Source: Octopus sinensis (lineage: Eukaryota). From it: DNA of 64,000 nt. The notes below the pieces were generated by a model. The model did no database searches. It saw nothing but the letters and a program-made list of their open reading frames with translations, and was not told where the DNA came from. The stretch's first letter is position 1. Every line of letters starts with the position of its first letter. This document shows, one piece after another, positions 49,931 through 61,349 of this stretch. The stretch is taken from the NCBI RefSeq assembly GCF_006345805.1, contig NC_042998.1, positions 7,378,001-7,442,000 on the forward strand, given 5' to 3'. Made by a program: the position numbers and the translations under genes.

Positions 49931-50300
49931 TTGGATTCACTGAAGCTCCGGCGTCTGGCGATGGACTTGGTAAACACCCTCAAGGTTATCAACCACCTCA
50001 CCAACAACAACATTGAACACCTTTTTGATCTCCATGTGTCCAACCCACGTGGACATGCCTACAAAGTCAGAAAACAACACAGCTCCCATGACTTTCGGAA
50101 ACATTTTTTCACGCTCAGAGTTGCTGAAGCATGGAACAAACTGCCTGCGTCAGTTGTTGACTGCCATGACACTGCATCCTTTAAGGCCTTCATGCTTTCC
50201 GAAATGCGCCGAAACTACACCTGATTATACATACACTTTAGATGAGTTGTAGTGCACCTGAGCACTGTACACAATGTTTTTATTATTATTATTATTATTT
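49931..50300 (+). mobile_element. CR1/L2-group LINE 3' end (same family)
   Basis: ORF 49931-50224 plus (ATT)n tail. Confidence 0.85.
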
Positions 50301-50564
50301 ATTACCATGAACAGAGTGCCACAAATTTGTTTTGGTGCAATATGAATAAATTGAACTGATTCCAGTATATGCTTGGTACCTATCATCATATGAATGAAAG
50401 CCTAGGCAGACCCTAATAGGGATTATTTTTAACCACATGCTATTCTCATTTTGTGAGAACATATGCCTATGCACCAGCTGTAGGAGATAAGCTGATATAA
50501 ATCCCAAACAGACTTCTTGGACACACAACACAAAGTCATTTGTATTTGAATATTCGTATGTTGT

Positions 50565-50945
50565 TTTCATGCAGCAGTCTGGAACCCCTGTCTTGCTCAG
50601 CGAGAGGCATGCAACCAGATGACTACCCACTGTCAGTTACCATACTCTGAACATCTTACTTCCCTGGGTATGGTCACATTAAAACTCCAGCGTCTGGCAA
50701 CTCACTTGGTAGACACCCACAAGATTATCCACACTTTTTTGAATTCTGTATGTCTAACACTCATGGACATGCTTACAAACTTAAAAAACAAGACAGCAAC
50801 CATGACTTTTGGAAACAATTTTTTTCCACACTCAGAACTGCTGAAGCATGGAATAAACTACATGCATCGGTTGTTAACTGTCAGGACACTGCATCCTTCA
50901 AAACTTTCATGCTTCCTGAAATTTGCCAACAGGACACTTGATGTT
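50565..50945 (+). mobile_element. Decayed copy of the same LINE 3' region
   Basis: HGHAYKLKKQ...WNKL with frameshifts. Confidence 0.75.
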
Positions 50946-50984
50946 CCCCTTCCTCCATTTCTCTTTTTTTAACAACTTATTCAC

Positions 50985-51348
50985 TCTTTACTCTTTTACT
51001 TGTTTCAGTCATTTGACTGCGGCCAAATCAACCGCAGGACTTATTCTTTGGAAGCCTAGTACTTATTCTATCAGACTCTTTTGCCGAACCGCTAAGTTAC
51101 AGGGATGTAAACACACCAGCATCGGTTGTCAAGCGATGTTGGCGGGACAAACACAGACACACAAAGATACACACATACATATATAGGACGGGCTTCTTTC
51201 AGTTTCCGTCTACCAAATCCACTCACAAGGCTTTGGTCGGCCCGAGGCTATAGTAGAAGACACTTGCCCAAGGTGCCACACAGTGGGACTGAACTCAGAA
51301 CCATGTGGTTGGTAAGCAAGCTACTTACCACACAGCCACACCTGTGCC
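50985..51348 (-). mobile_element. SINE B
   Basis: Reverse copy with a small internal deletion. Confidence 0.85.
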
Positions 51349-51511
51349 TATTCACTTCCTGTGCATATATTCTATGTACTGTTTGTACAGTTTTGGCTAC
51401 TTTTTCTGATGAGTTGTAGTGCATCTGAGCACTGTATACAGTAAGTTCATTATATGCTCCAATTGTAACCACAAGTTATAATGGAGTGCTCATTCCTGAT
51501 ACTAAAGAATA

Positions 51512-51738
51512 CTTATTTCTTTACTACCCACAAGGGCTAAACACAGAGAGGACAAACAAGGACAGACAAATGGATTAAGTCGATTACATCGATCCCAGTG
51601 CATAACTGGTACTTAATTTATCGACCCCGAAAGGTTGAAAGGCAAAGTCGACCTCGGCGGAATTTGAGCCCAGAACGTAGCGGCAGACAAAATACCGCTA
51701 AGCATTTCGCCCGGCATGCTAACGATTCTGCTAGCTCA
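51512..51738 (-). mobile_element. SINE C
   Basis: Near-consensus reverse copy. Confidence 0.88.
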
Positions 51739-51983
51739 GGGAATGCTATGCCATGGATCACATCAATGTGAAGATACATTAATCCCAATAGCAAAAAAGA
51801 TATTGAAATATTTTTGCTGTTTACTTTTCATTCTGAATATTCTTATTGATAGCCACGATTACCAAACAGGATGAAATGCAAAAGTGATGCTGCAATAGCT
51901 TACCTTTTTCTGGCCATTAGTCTCTCATATTTCATGCTGATTCCACCATTAAACATTTTTGGGAACCCTATATTTATGTAAGT

Positions 51984-52225
51984 GGAGGCACGTGGCTTAG
52001 TGGTTAGGGTGTCAGCATCATGATCGTAAGATTGCCTGGACTGGGCAACGTGTTGTGTTCTTGAGCAAAACACTTCATTTCACGTTGCTCCAGTCCACTC
52101 AGCTGGAAAAAATGAGTAATGCTGCGATGGACTGGTGCCCCATCCAGCTGGGGAACACATACGCCATAGAAACTGGGAAACCAGGCACATGAGCCTGGCT
52201 AGGCTTTAAAAAGGGCACATTTATT
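51984..52225 (+). mobile_element. SINE D variant 2-like
   Basis: tRNA head plus GCGATGGACTGGTGCCCCATCCAG. Confidence 0.75.
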
Positions 52226-52228
52226 CGT

Positions 52229-52540
52229 GGAGGTGCAATGGCCCAGTGGTTAGAGCAGTGGACTCGTGGTTGGAGGATCACGGTTTCGATTCACAGACCG
52301 GGTGTTGTGTGTCTTTATTGAGCAAAAACACCTAAAGCACCATGAGGCTCCGGCAGGGGCTGGTGGTGACCCCTGTTGTACTCTTTCGCCCCAACTTTCT
52401 CTCACTCTCTCTTCCTGTTACTTGAGTAACGCTGTGATGGACTGGCATTCCGTCCAGCAGGAGGGAGCACATGCCATAGAAACCGGGAAACCAGGCCCAT
52501 GAGCCTGGCTAGGCTTGAAAAGGACACATAAATAAATAAA
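52229..52540 (+). mobile_element. SINE D variant 2-like, tandem to the previous copy
   Basis: tRNA head, same block and tail. Confidence 0.78.
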
Positions 52541-52765
52541 ATATTTATGTAAACCCACATCTCTGTGCTGAATTTAAATTCAAAACCTTTATTTTTCATT
52601 ACAATATTTTAACACTCTCTACTGTTCCATGGGAGAATTTGTGAAGTAATTCTGGAACATGTAATATTGTATATTCCGTAATGATCAATTGTTTTATACA
52701 AAACTCTTATGGCACAGAGCTATTTTACTTATTGGTTCAGTTTCATTAAAAAACTGACAAAAATA

Positions 52766-52804
<39 letters not shown>

Positions 52805-53019
52805 TTTTTCTTAAATGGGAAGTATGAATTTTATTTTACATTTGCTGAATTCTGTCACAGAATAGCCCAAATTGCAACTTGCTGAAAAAGATGTATGGAA
52901 AGAAATGATTGAACACTTGGGAATAATAGATAATTCTAGCATGTATCATACTCTTGAATTTAATGCACAGAAACATTATGACCAGACATAAAAGACTGCA
53001 GTAAGAGTGTGTGGGATAG

Positions 53020-53182
53020 AAAATGCAACCACATTACTCATTGTCTTATACTGGGTGCTCAAATGGTGCTTTTTACATGCCACCAGCACGGAGACCAGCT
53101 TGTTGCTCTGGCAATGATAATGCTCGTATGGTGCTCTTAGCGCTCCACTAGCACGGATGCCAGTCATCGAATTTGATTTCGA
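53020..53182 (-). mobile_element. Family A 5' head fragment
   Basis: Reverse complement of the 21130 head. Confidence 0.7.
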
Positions 53183-53462
53183 TTGCCTTAACAGGTCTTT
53201 GCAAGCAGGCTAATTGTAATTAGAGCCATAATCATCATAGTTTTAACCTCCACTTTCTCATACTTGCATGAGTTAGATGTAATTTGTTGAGACAGATATC
53301 TAAGGTTGGATACTTTTCCTGTCACCAACCATCTCCTGTTTGCAAGTAGGGTAATATTTCTCTTTGACCAAACATGATTTTGGAAGATCAGAAATGAAGA
53401 ACACTGCTTCAATGTTGATAACATTTCTTCATGATTATCTTGTGATATCTAAGCAAGATAAC

Positions 53463-53519
<57 letters not shown>

Positions 53520-53521
<2 letters not shown>

Positions 53522-53785
53522 ATCATCATCATCATTGTTCAACGTCCATTTTCCATGCAAGCATGGGTTGGAAGGTTCGACCGGAGTCTGGGAAGCCAGG
53601 AGGCTGCACCAGGCTCCAGTCTGATCTGGCAGTGTTTCCACAGCTGGATGCCCTTCCTAATGCCAACCACCCTATGAGCGTAGTGGGTACTTTTTATGTG
53701 CCACCAGCACAGGTGCCAGGGGAGGCTGGCAGCAGCCACAATTGGTTGGTGCTTTTTATGTGCCACCGGTACAGAAGCCAGTTAA
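53520..53785 (-). mobile_element. Family A retroposon
   Basis: Core and tail. Confidence 0.85.
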
Positions 53786-54146
53786 GGCATAGAAGCCTAT
53801 ATATATATACGTACATACATACACACACATAGCTGGCTTCTTTCAGTTTCTGTTTATTAAATCCAGTCATAAGTCTTTGGTTAGCCCAAGGCTATAGTGG
53901 AGGACACTTGCTGACAGTTCCACACAGTAGGACTGTAAAAGGTAATGTGTTGATAATTAGAGACTGTATTCAACTAGAAGGAAAAATAATTATAATAATA
54001 CTATGAAATTTGCTTGTTAAACATGGAATACTGCTAAGATTTTGAAAAGGAAAAATATTTTTGAGGGGTTGATGTAAATATGTGTTACCTATTATAATTT
54101 TATCTTCTCTCCTTATATTATTAAAATTTTGCTTCAAATTTTTCAG

Positions 54147-54344
54147 GTGAGTCGTTTGGTAGTGTCGGAAATAGTCGGACGTACCAATATACAAGACAGA
54201 GTAGCATGTCTTGAAAAGTGGGCTGCAATCGCAGATATTTGTCGCTGCATGCACAATTATAATGGTGTCTTACAGATATGTGCTGCATTTGTGAACAGTT
54301 CAGTTTTTAGAATGAAGAAAATGTGGGAAAGAATATCAAAGCAG
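54147..54344 (+). CDS. RasGRF: RasGRF exon 13 (VSRLVVSEIV...KWAAIADICRCMHNYNGVLQI...SKQ)
   Basis: tttcag| and CAG|gtaaga; 198 nt, phase 0 to 0. Confidence 0.95.
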
Positions 54345-54439
54345 GTAAGAAATGGTTATTTCACTTATCCAAGCATTACTAAACATTAAATCTCTTCTTT
54401 AACTTTAAAGCTGGACCCCTAAATGAAACTTTTTGACAC

Positions 54440-54625
54440 TATCATTATCATCGTTTAATGTTCCTTTTCCATGCTAGCATGGGTTGGACAGTTCGACCGG
54501 GGTCTGGGAATCCAGGAGGCTGTACCAGGCTCCAGTCTGATCTGGCAGTGTTTCTACAGCTGGATGCCCTTCCTAAAGCCAACCACTCCATGAGTATAGT
54601 GGGTGCTTTTTACATGCCACTGGCA
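54440..54625 (-). mobile_element. Family A retroposon
   Basis: Core and short tail. Confidence 0.85.
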
Positions 54626-54720
54626 GGCTTGCATTTTATGCAGTACCGAGAAAACATTTATAGAATTGACTTTTTGCAAGGGGTTGCATTAACATGATTC
54701 ATGATATCTAATTGAACTTT

Positions 54721-54909
54721 TGCAGCATAGAAGGTGTTTATAAGCCATTTAAGAAACACTCAAAAACCATTAGATTCACTGCATGTCAGTGAACAGGTCG
54801 CGGTCTCAAAGTGGCGAAAATATTTTGGCAAATTAAATTTAAATGCTGCAGTGAATCTAACGGTTTTTGTGTGTTTCTTAAATGGCTTATAAACACCTTC
54901 CACGCTGCA
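54721..54909. mobile_element. Hairpin MITE-like inverted repeat
   Basis: Arms 54721-54783 and 54847-54909 match at 59/63. Confidence 0.8.
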
Positions 54910-55389
54910 ATTGTCTATTATAAACTTGTATGTGATAAAATTATTTTAATGAGTTGTTGAAAGAGAAGTTAGGTATGGATTTTAAATTGTAAGGTTATAA
55001 CAGCAAGTACCATATTCAGTGACATTAACATACTTACCAAGGGTGACATACATAGTTTAACTGCAGGCTAACATACTAAATGTTGTGTGTTCAAAGCAAG
55101 CGAGAAGGAAAAAAATTGAAGTTAATGAGAGTTTTTACCAAGGGCAGCAAGAAAAAGGGAATTTTGAAATCTAGACTGATTAAAAAATTAAATGAAGATG
55201 TATGCAATGAAAGATGAATCTGATTTTTAGTAATTACAATGACAACTATGAGTATGTTTCAGTTTTATTAGTCCTCCTCAGCAAAGTATCCTCTAACACA
55301 TAATTACCAGACATTAGACCTTTTGTGAAAATTATTCATTGGTTAATAATTTTAAATATTAGAAAATTTCCCATGGGTGTCTTCTATAT

Positions 55390-55570
55390 CAGTGGTTCCC
55401 AACCATTTTTGCCTTTGGACCCCTGTGATTCTTATTTTATTCTCCTGGGCCCTTATACCCATTCAAAGTTTTAAAAATCTTGTGATAAATATTATTAGGA
55501 ATTGTATTTTTAAAATATCATTAAAGTATTTTGTGTATTGCAAAAGTATCAGCAATTTATTGCAAATAAA
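55390..55570 (+). mobile_element. hAT-like terminal fragment
   Basis: CAGTGGTTCCCAACC terminus; partner end not found. Confidence 0.4.
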
Positions 55571-55571
55571 C

Positions 55572-55840
55572 CCCTTCAGGTAGATGGCCCTGCTCGATCT
55601 GTAGAAAAGGTGCAAGTAGAAACACTATAAGATGTACCCAGTGTAAGCTATGGATGCATAAGAGGTGCAGCAACATCAAAGGAAGGTTAACCAGGAAGAT
55701 AGCATTTGTGGGTAGCAGATGCACAGGGGCAATAAACACTGCAGATGCTCAGAAAACTGATTCCATCACATGCCAGGGGGAGAAACTAGAAGTTGTTGAT
55801 AGCTTCTGCTACCTAGGTGACCAAGTCTATAGTGGGGGTG
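55572..55840 (+). mobile_element. RTE-clade LINE internal fragment (Cys-rich insert plus LEVVDSFCYLG)
   Basis: WPCSICRKG...CTQCKLWMHKRCS...EKLEVVDSFCYLGD. Confidence 0.8.
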
Positions 55841-55844
55841 GCCG

Positions 55845-56020
55845 TTGCCTGTACCGCCTGACTGGCACCCACTACACTCTCGAAGTGGTTGGCGTTAGGA
55901 AGGGCATCCAGCTGTAGAAACTCTGCAAGATCAGATTGGAGTCTGGTGCCGCCATCTGGTTCGCCAGACCTCAGTCAAATCGTCCAACCCATGCTATAGC
56001 ATGGAAAGCGGATGCTAAAC

Positions 56021-56050
<30 letters not shown>
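55845..56050 (+). mobile_element. Family A 3' part
   Basis: Core plus long (GAT)n. Confidence 0.8.
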
Positions 56051-56053
<3 letters not shown>

Positions 56054-56246
56054 TAGGAGGAAATACAAAATCAAATACAAATAAAGTATTGGAGTCACTG
56101 TAAACCACCGTATTTGCCTACAGTACTTACTTTATTACTAAAATCAAAGAAAACGTTTTTAGTCTTGTAAAATTTAATAACTATGTAAATGCTTTTTTTA
56201 TGATTCATTGTTAATCTTTTAAATTTGTCTTTCTTTTTGTGTTTAG

Positions 56247-56326
56247 ACACGACAAATGATTGATAAGCTCCAAACATTAGTTTCCTCTGAAGGAAGGTTC
56301 AAGAACATGAGAGACGCACTTCATAG
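56247..56326 (+). CDS. RasGRF: RasGRF exon 14 (TRQMIDKLQTLVSSEGRFKNMRDALH-R)
   Basis: gtttag| and AG|gtaagt; phase 0 to 2. Confidence 0.95.
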
Positions 56327-56639
56327 GTAAGTTCATGTTGAAGTCTATAATGCTTAACATTATTCGCATCGATCAATATAATGGCTTTTTATGCAATTAT
56401 AATTACATTTTTTTTTTAATGTCATGTCTATGCTGAATCAGATTTCTTTATAGCTTACTTTCTTATATAGATTGTATCCTTTTCCTTCACATTACAGTTG
56501 CATGATCTTAGATTTTACAATACAAATTCTTATCTATCATAGAATAAAATTCTCTTGCCAAATATACAATTGGTTTTTATTCATAACCTCTCATTCTTAT
56601 TTCAACATTGATGAACTTGCCTAAGAAATATTTTACTGG

Positions 56640-56952
56640 ATAGAAAAAGCACCATCCAAACAAGGCCAATGCCAGCACCGCCTTGACTGGCTTCTGTACT
56701 GCTGGCACATTAAAAAGCACCAACCGACCATGACCGCTGCCAGCCTCGTCTGGCACCTGTGCCGGTGGCAGGTAAAAAGCACTCACTACACTCATGGAGT
56801 GGTTGGCATTAGGAAGGACATCCAGCTGTAGAAACACTGCCAGATAAGACTGGAGCCTGGTGCAGCCTCCTGGCTTCCCAGACTCCGGTCGAACTGTCCA
56901 ACCTATGCTAGCACGGAAAACGGACGTTAAATGATGATGATGATGATGATGA
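56640..56952 (+). mobile_element. Family A retroposon
   Basis: Three internal units, core and tail. Confidence 0.85.
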
Positions 56953-57397
56953 TACAGTGTCACCCCAATTATTACTGTCCTTCACTAGTAAACAAACTGT
57001 GATTTGAATATCACCAGCAGTAACCAACAACACATTTTGAAAACCAGCAACTGAATTAAAACATTGACAAGATGGAGGGAACCCTTTAACCCTTCTATAA
57101 GCAGCTTCTCATGTGTCAGTAGCCACAATAAAATGCATCCATTCCATGCTGTAATGCATTTAATGATAGGGGAGGCATCTAGTCCAAACAAAATGGACCA
57201 GATGATGAAAAGCTGTGAATAATGGTAAAACACTGTGAGAACCAACCTAGATCAGAATCTTATGTGCAGAATGGTGTCCATCATGACTTGATTTTCAGTC
57301 TCCTGTTAATTACAAATTTCCAACGTGGTTTGTTTACCCAAATGGGATTTAAAACTGGCAGTCTGAAAATAGGAAAAAACAAACATGATGATAATGA

Positions 57398-57436
<39 letters not shown>

Positions 57437-57483
57437 TTAGATATGTTTCGACCACAGATTGGTCCAGGCCATGTCTAACTTAA

Positions 57484-57557
57484 TAGCACCACCTGATAGG
57501 ATTATCTAAATCCTGTAGCACCACCTGATAGGATTATCTAGCACCACCTGATAGGAT
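57484..57557. repeat. 3 x TAGCACCACCTGATAGGAT direct repeat
   Basis: Units at 57484, 57516 and 57539. Confidence 0.85.
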
Positions 57558-57559
57558 AT

Positions 57560-57692
57560 GCATCATCATCATCGTTTAACGTCCGCTTTCCATGCTGGCA
57601 TGGGTTGGACAGTTTGACTGAGGGCTGGATACCCTTTCTAACATCAACCACTCTGAGAGTGTAGTGGGTGCTTTTTACATGCCACCGGCACT
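57560..57692 (-). mobile_element. Family A copy with internal deletion
   Basis: Tail and partial core. Confidence 0.7.
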
Positions 57693-57921
57693 GAAATGTA
57701 CAGTTTTATATATCTATTATGGTTAATCTTACCAGTCAGTTTCACATTGGGTATTATGGCATTTGCTCTCCATTATTGGAGAGCAGTTGCTATATCTTTT
57801 TCCATATATGCCAGCTTCAACATGCATGTAATACTAGTTAATTATGCTGTAATCTATTATCCAGTTTAATTACCAATGTAAAACCAATTGGTAAAATCAG
57901 CCATAAGGGATATATAATACT

Positions 57922-57924
<3 letters not shown>

Positions 57925-57982
<58 letters not shown>
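57925..57982. repeat. (CA)n(TA)n microsatellite
   Basis: Direct inspection. Confidence 0.9.
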
Positions 57983-57983
<1 letters not shown>

Positions 57984-59090
57984 TCACTTATTATCTTATA
58001 TTAAACTTTTTAATACTTTTTGATAGTTATATATATTTAAAAAATAAAAAATTAAATTAAATTAAAAAAATAAATAAATAAATAAAAAAATTATATAAAT
58101 ATGTAATTTAAAAAATTAAAATGATATATATATATATGATGATGATGATGATATATATATATAAATTTATAAGTATAAATTAATAATTAAAAAAAAAATT
58201 TTAACTTTAAATTTAAATAATTTAAATTTTGAATTTTTATATTTTATATATTTTGTATATTATATTAATTAATTTTATTTCTATGTTTTGGTTTATGTTT
58301 TTCATTGTTTGATTTGCCTAATAGTAGTTTTATCTCTAATTTAAAATATATATATATATATATGCATACATACACGCACACACATATGCTGAGGTACCTG
58401 GTAATTCCCAGGAAAGCAGGGCTTATCCCTTGGTTCCATTCTCATAATTGTTTCACTAATCCAGTAACAACAATACAAAGTATGTAGGCCTTAAAATGGT
58501 TTTTGTGCATTTATTGAGAATACCGAACTGTCATATAAAGGATCTTGTTTTTAGGAATTCCCAATAAGTTATGAATACCCAAATTGTGAAGTCAGTTATG
58601 TAATAACATGAAATTAATTACCCGATAGTAAGAATTCAAATAAAGTAGCCCCAAAAAGGGCTTTAATGTGTTCCTAAAGTGTATAGAACTTAGGAGGAAA
58701 TACTAATAAGGCATGTATACTAAAATCGGGAAGCATGTTACGTAATAACAGGCTAATCAGATTTGAGAAAACAACTCAAAGTAAATAACTCAGAAAAAAG
58801 CTTTTGTGCATTCACAGAGAATATTACCCACAGCGGCGCTAGTGTTGGTATATTCGTGAATAAGTCACTAACCAAAAGAAGTGGGTCTATTGTTTATGAA
58901 AATACTATTTACTTGTTTATGTATTGTTGTACTGGATAAATTGCAAAAATAACACGAATAGTTCAAATACTAAGAAATAAGCATACTGAATTTGATTTAT
59001 ACGAAAAAATTTCCGAACATGAATGGGTTATTTCCATTGGTTATATATAAGGATCACTTTCAGGAGCGAATGGGTTATTTCCCTTGGATA

Positions 59091-59306
59091 CTCTTTTACT
59101 CGTTTCAGTCATTTGACTGCGGCCATGCTGGAGCACTGCCTTTAGTTGAGCAAATCGACCCCAGGACTTATTCTTTGTAAGCCTAGTACTTATTCTTTCG
59201 GTCTCTTTTGCCGAACTGCTAGGTTATGTGGACATAAAAACACCGCCATCGGTTGACAAGTGATGTTGGGGGGACAAACACAGACACACAAACATATACA
59301 CACACG

Positions 59307-59338
<32 letters not shown>

Positions 59339-59499
59339 CACGATGGGCTTCCTTCAGTTTCCGTCTACCAAATCCACTCACAAGGCATTGGTCGGCCTGG
59401 GGCTCTAGCAGAAGACACTTGCCCAAGATGCCACGCAGTGGGACTGAACCCGGAACCATGTGGTTGGTAAGCAAGCTACTTACCACACAACCACTCCTG
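59091..59499 (-). mobile_element. SINE B
   Basis: Full-length reverse copy. Confidence 0.88.
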
Positions 59500-59517
59500 T
59501 GACTATATGTTTAAAAA

Positions 59518-59672
59518 TACTCTCGGAGTGGTTGGCGTTAGGAAGGGCATCCAGCTGTAGAAACACTGCCAGATCTGACTGGCCTGGTGCAGCCTTCGGG
59601 CTCCCCAGACCCCAGTTGAACCATCCAACCCACGCTAGCTTGGAAAGCGGACGTTAAATGATGATGATGATG
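59518..59672 (+). mobile_element. Family A 3' part
   Basis: Core and tail. Confidence 0.8.
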
Positions 59673-59874
59673 TGTAGTTGTATATACAGCGAAGATGATG
59701 TGCATGCATACATACATATTTTATTCAGTCGATTAGGGATGTATTTGTCTTGCACAATATATTCTATTCACACAGACCAACCTAAATAGTTTGTTAAATA
59801 ATGCAGTGATTCTATTTCATTTTATACGTATCCTACTCCCATCTCTAATGTTTTCTTGTTACTTTATCTTTCAG

Positions 59875-59992
59875 ATGTGATCCACCCTGCATTCCATATC
59901 TAGGCATGTATTTGACTGATTTATCTTTTATTGAAGAAGGTACACCAAATTTCACAGATGAAAAGCTTGTGAACTTTTCGAAAATGCGTATG
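59875..59992 (+). CDS. RasGRF: RasGRF exon 15 ([26 protein letters not shown]...VNFSKMRM)
   Basis: tttcag| and ATG|gtaagt; phase 2 to 0; CDC25 signature. Confidence 0.96.
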
Positions 59993-60561
59993 GTAAGTCA
60001 AAGTGAAAATAAAATGATACTTGTTTGGGAGAATAGTTTCATTACACGGATAAACAAAGCTATTGGGTTTCTGTGATATTGATTTTGGGACAGCAGAATT
60101 GTCTGTTATACTACACCTTGTTTCGCTTTGTTTTGAAATTTATTCCCTGTCTTTTTTTTTGTTTTGGTACTGTTTTAGTGTTGTTGTTTGTTTCTTTGTT
60201 GTGTAGAGAATGTACTGCTGTGTAGTTTGTGTTATATTACTATTTTGCAAGCTCTGTAAGCTGATAGTGGTATGTGAAATATTCTATTGTATATCAATTA
60301 TATAAGAATAAGTTTGTATTAGCAGTAGAAGGAATATTAATACCAAGAGGTAATATTTATCTCCCCTTTGATACGGATGTTCTGTTAGAACAAACTATTC
60401 TGCAGTAAACGTGAGTGCATTTTGCACCAAAAGCCAATATGAGAAGTTTTTCTCATGGTATCTACCACAGGTGCGGAATTTGAACTCAGAACGTAATGAC
60501 AGATGATATACCGCTAAGCATTTCACCCGGCGTGTTAACGTGTCTGCCAGCTCACCGCCTT

Positions 60562-60865
60562 TTGTCTTCTAGTATAGCCTCAGGCCAACCAAAGCCTTTT
60601 GAGTGGATTTGGTAGGCGGAAACTGGAAGAAGCCTGTCATATATATATGTGTGACTGTTTGTCGCCCCCCTTCCCAGCATCGCTTGACAACCGATGCTGG
60701 TGTGTCTACGTCCCTGTAATTTTGCAGTTCGGCAAAAGAGACTGATAGAATAAGTACTAGGCATACAAAGAATGAATAAGCTCTGGGGTCCATTTGCTCG
60801 ACTATAAAGGCGGTGCTCCAGCATGGCCACAGTCAAATGACTGAAACAAGTAAAAGAGTAAAGAG
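60562..60865 (+). mobile_element. SINE B lacking head
   Basis: Body and tail. Confidence 0.82.
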
Positions 60866-61349
60866 TGTATTGTTCGTTCCAACAGAACATCCACAATTAT
60901 GTGGGGATAATTAAGAATAAGTGTTGATATTTTAATTGGATGTTAATTCTGTAAAGTTTGTGCTGTGTGGGTTGCTTTAAAAATTTTTTTTTATTGGGGA
61001 GTGGATTCTTAATGTTTTGTGTGAGTTGTATTTTCTATTGAGTGATAATTGTGTAGAGTGTGTGTTATGCAGAAAGTGTACTCTGCGAGCTGTGGGTTGT
61101 GCATACATAGAGCAGTGGGATTGAGTTTTTTCCTGTTTATATTTGTGAGTCCTGATATTGTTTTTATATAATTTTTTTGTATTTTCTTCATGCCTAGTAC
61201 TCCACTTATTATTAGTAGTTTTCACTTTCACCCTCCACATTCTGTTTATATTACAAGACCTTTATACATTGTTAATTTCTTCAATTCTTTCCAGATAATG
61301 TTTTGGAAAGACAAGATGAAAACATTTATCAGAGTACTGAGATTTTTAT

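Noticed and set aside
49813-54152. Recent intron gain suggested by AGGTGAGT at both intron ends
   Set aside because: The intron position appears to match the vertebrate gene as I recall it, so the repeat is better read as a splice-site coincidence; needs an alignment.
57484-57557. Mini CRISPR array
   Set aside because: 19-bp repeats with spacers of 13 and 4 nt; a simple local duplication.
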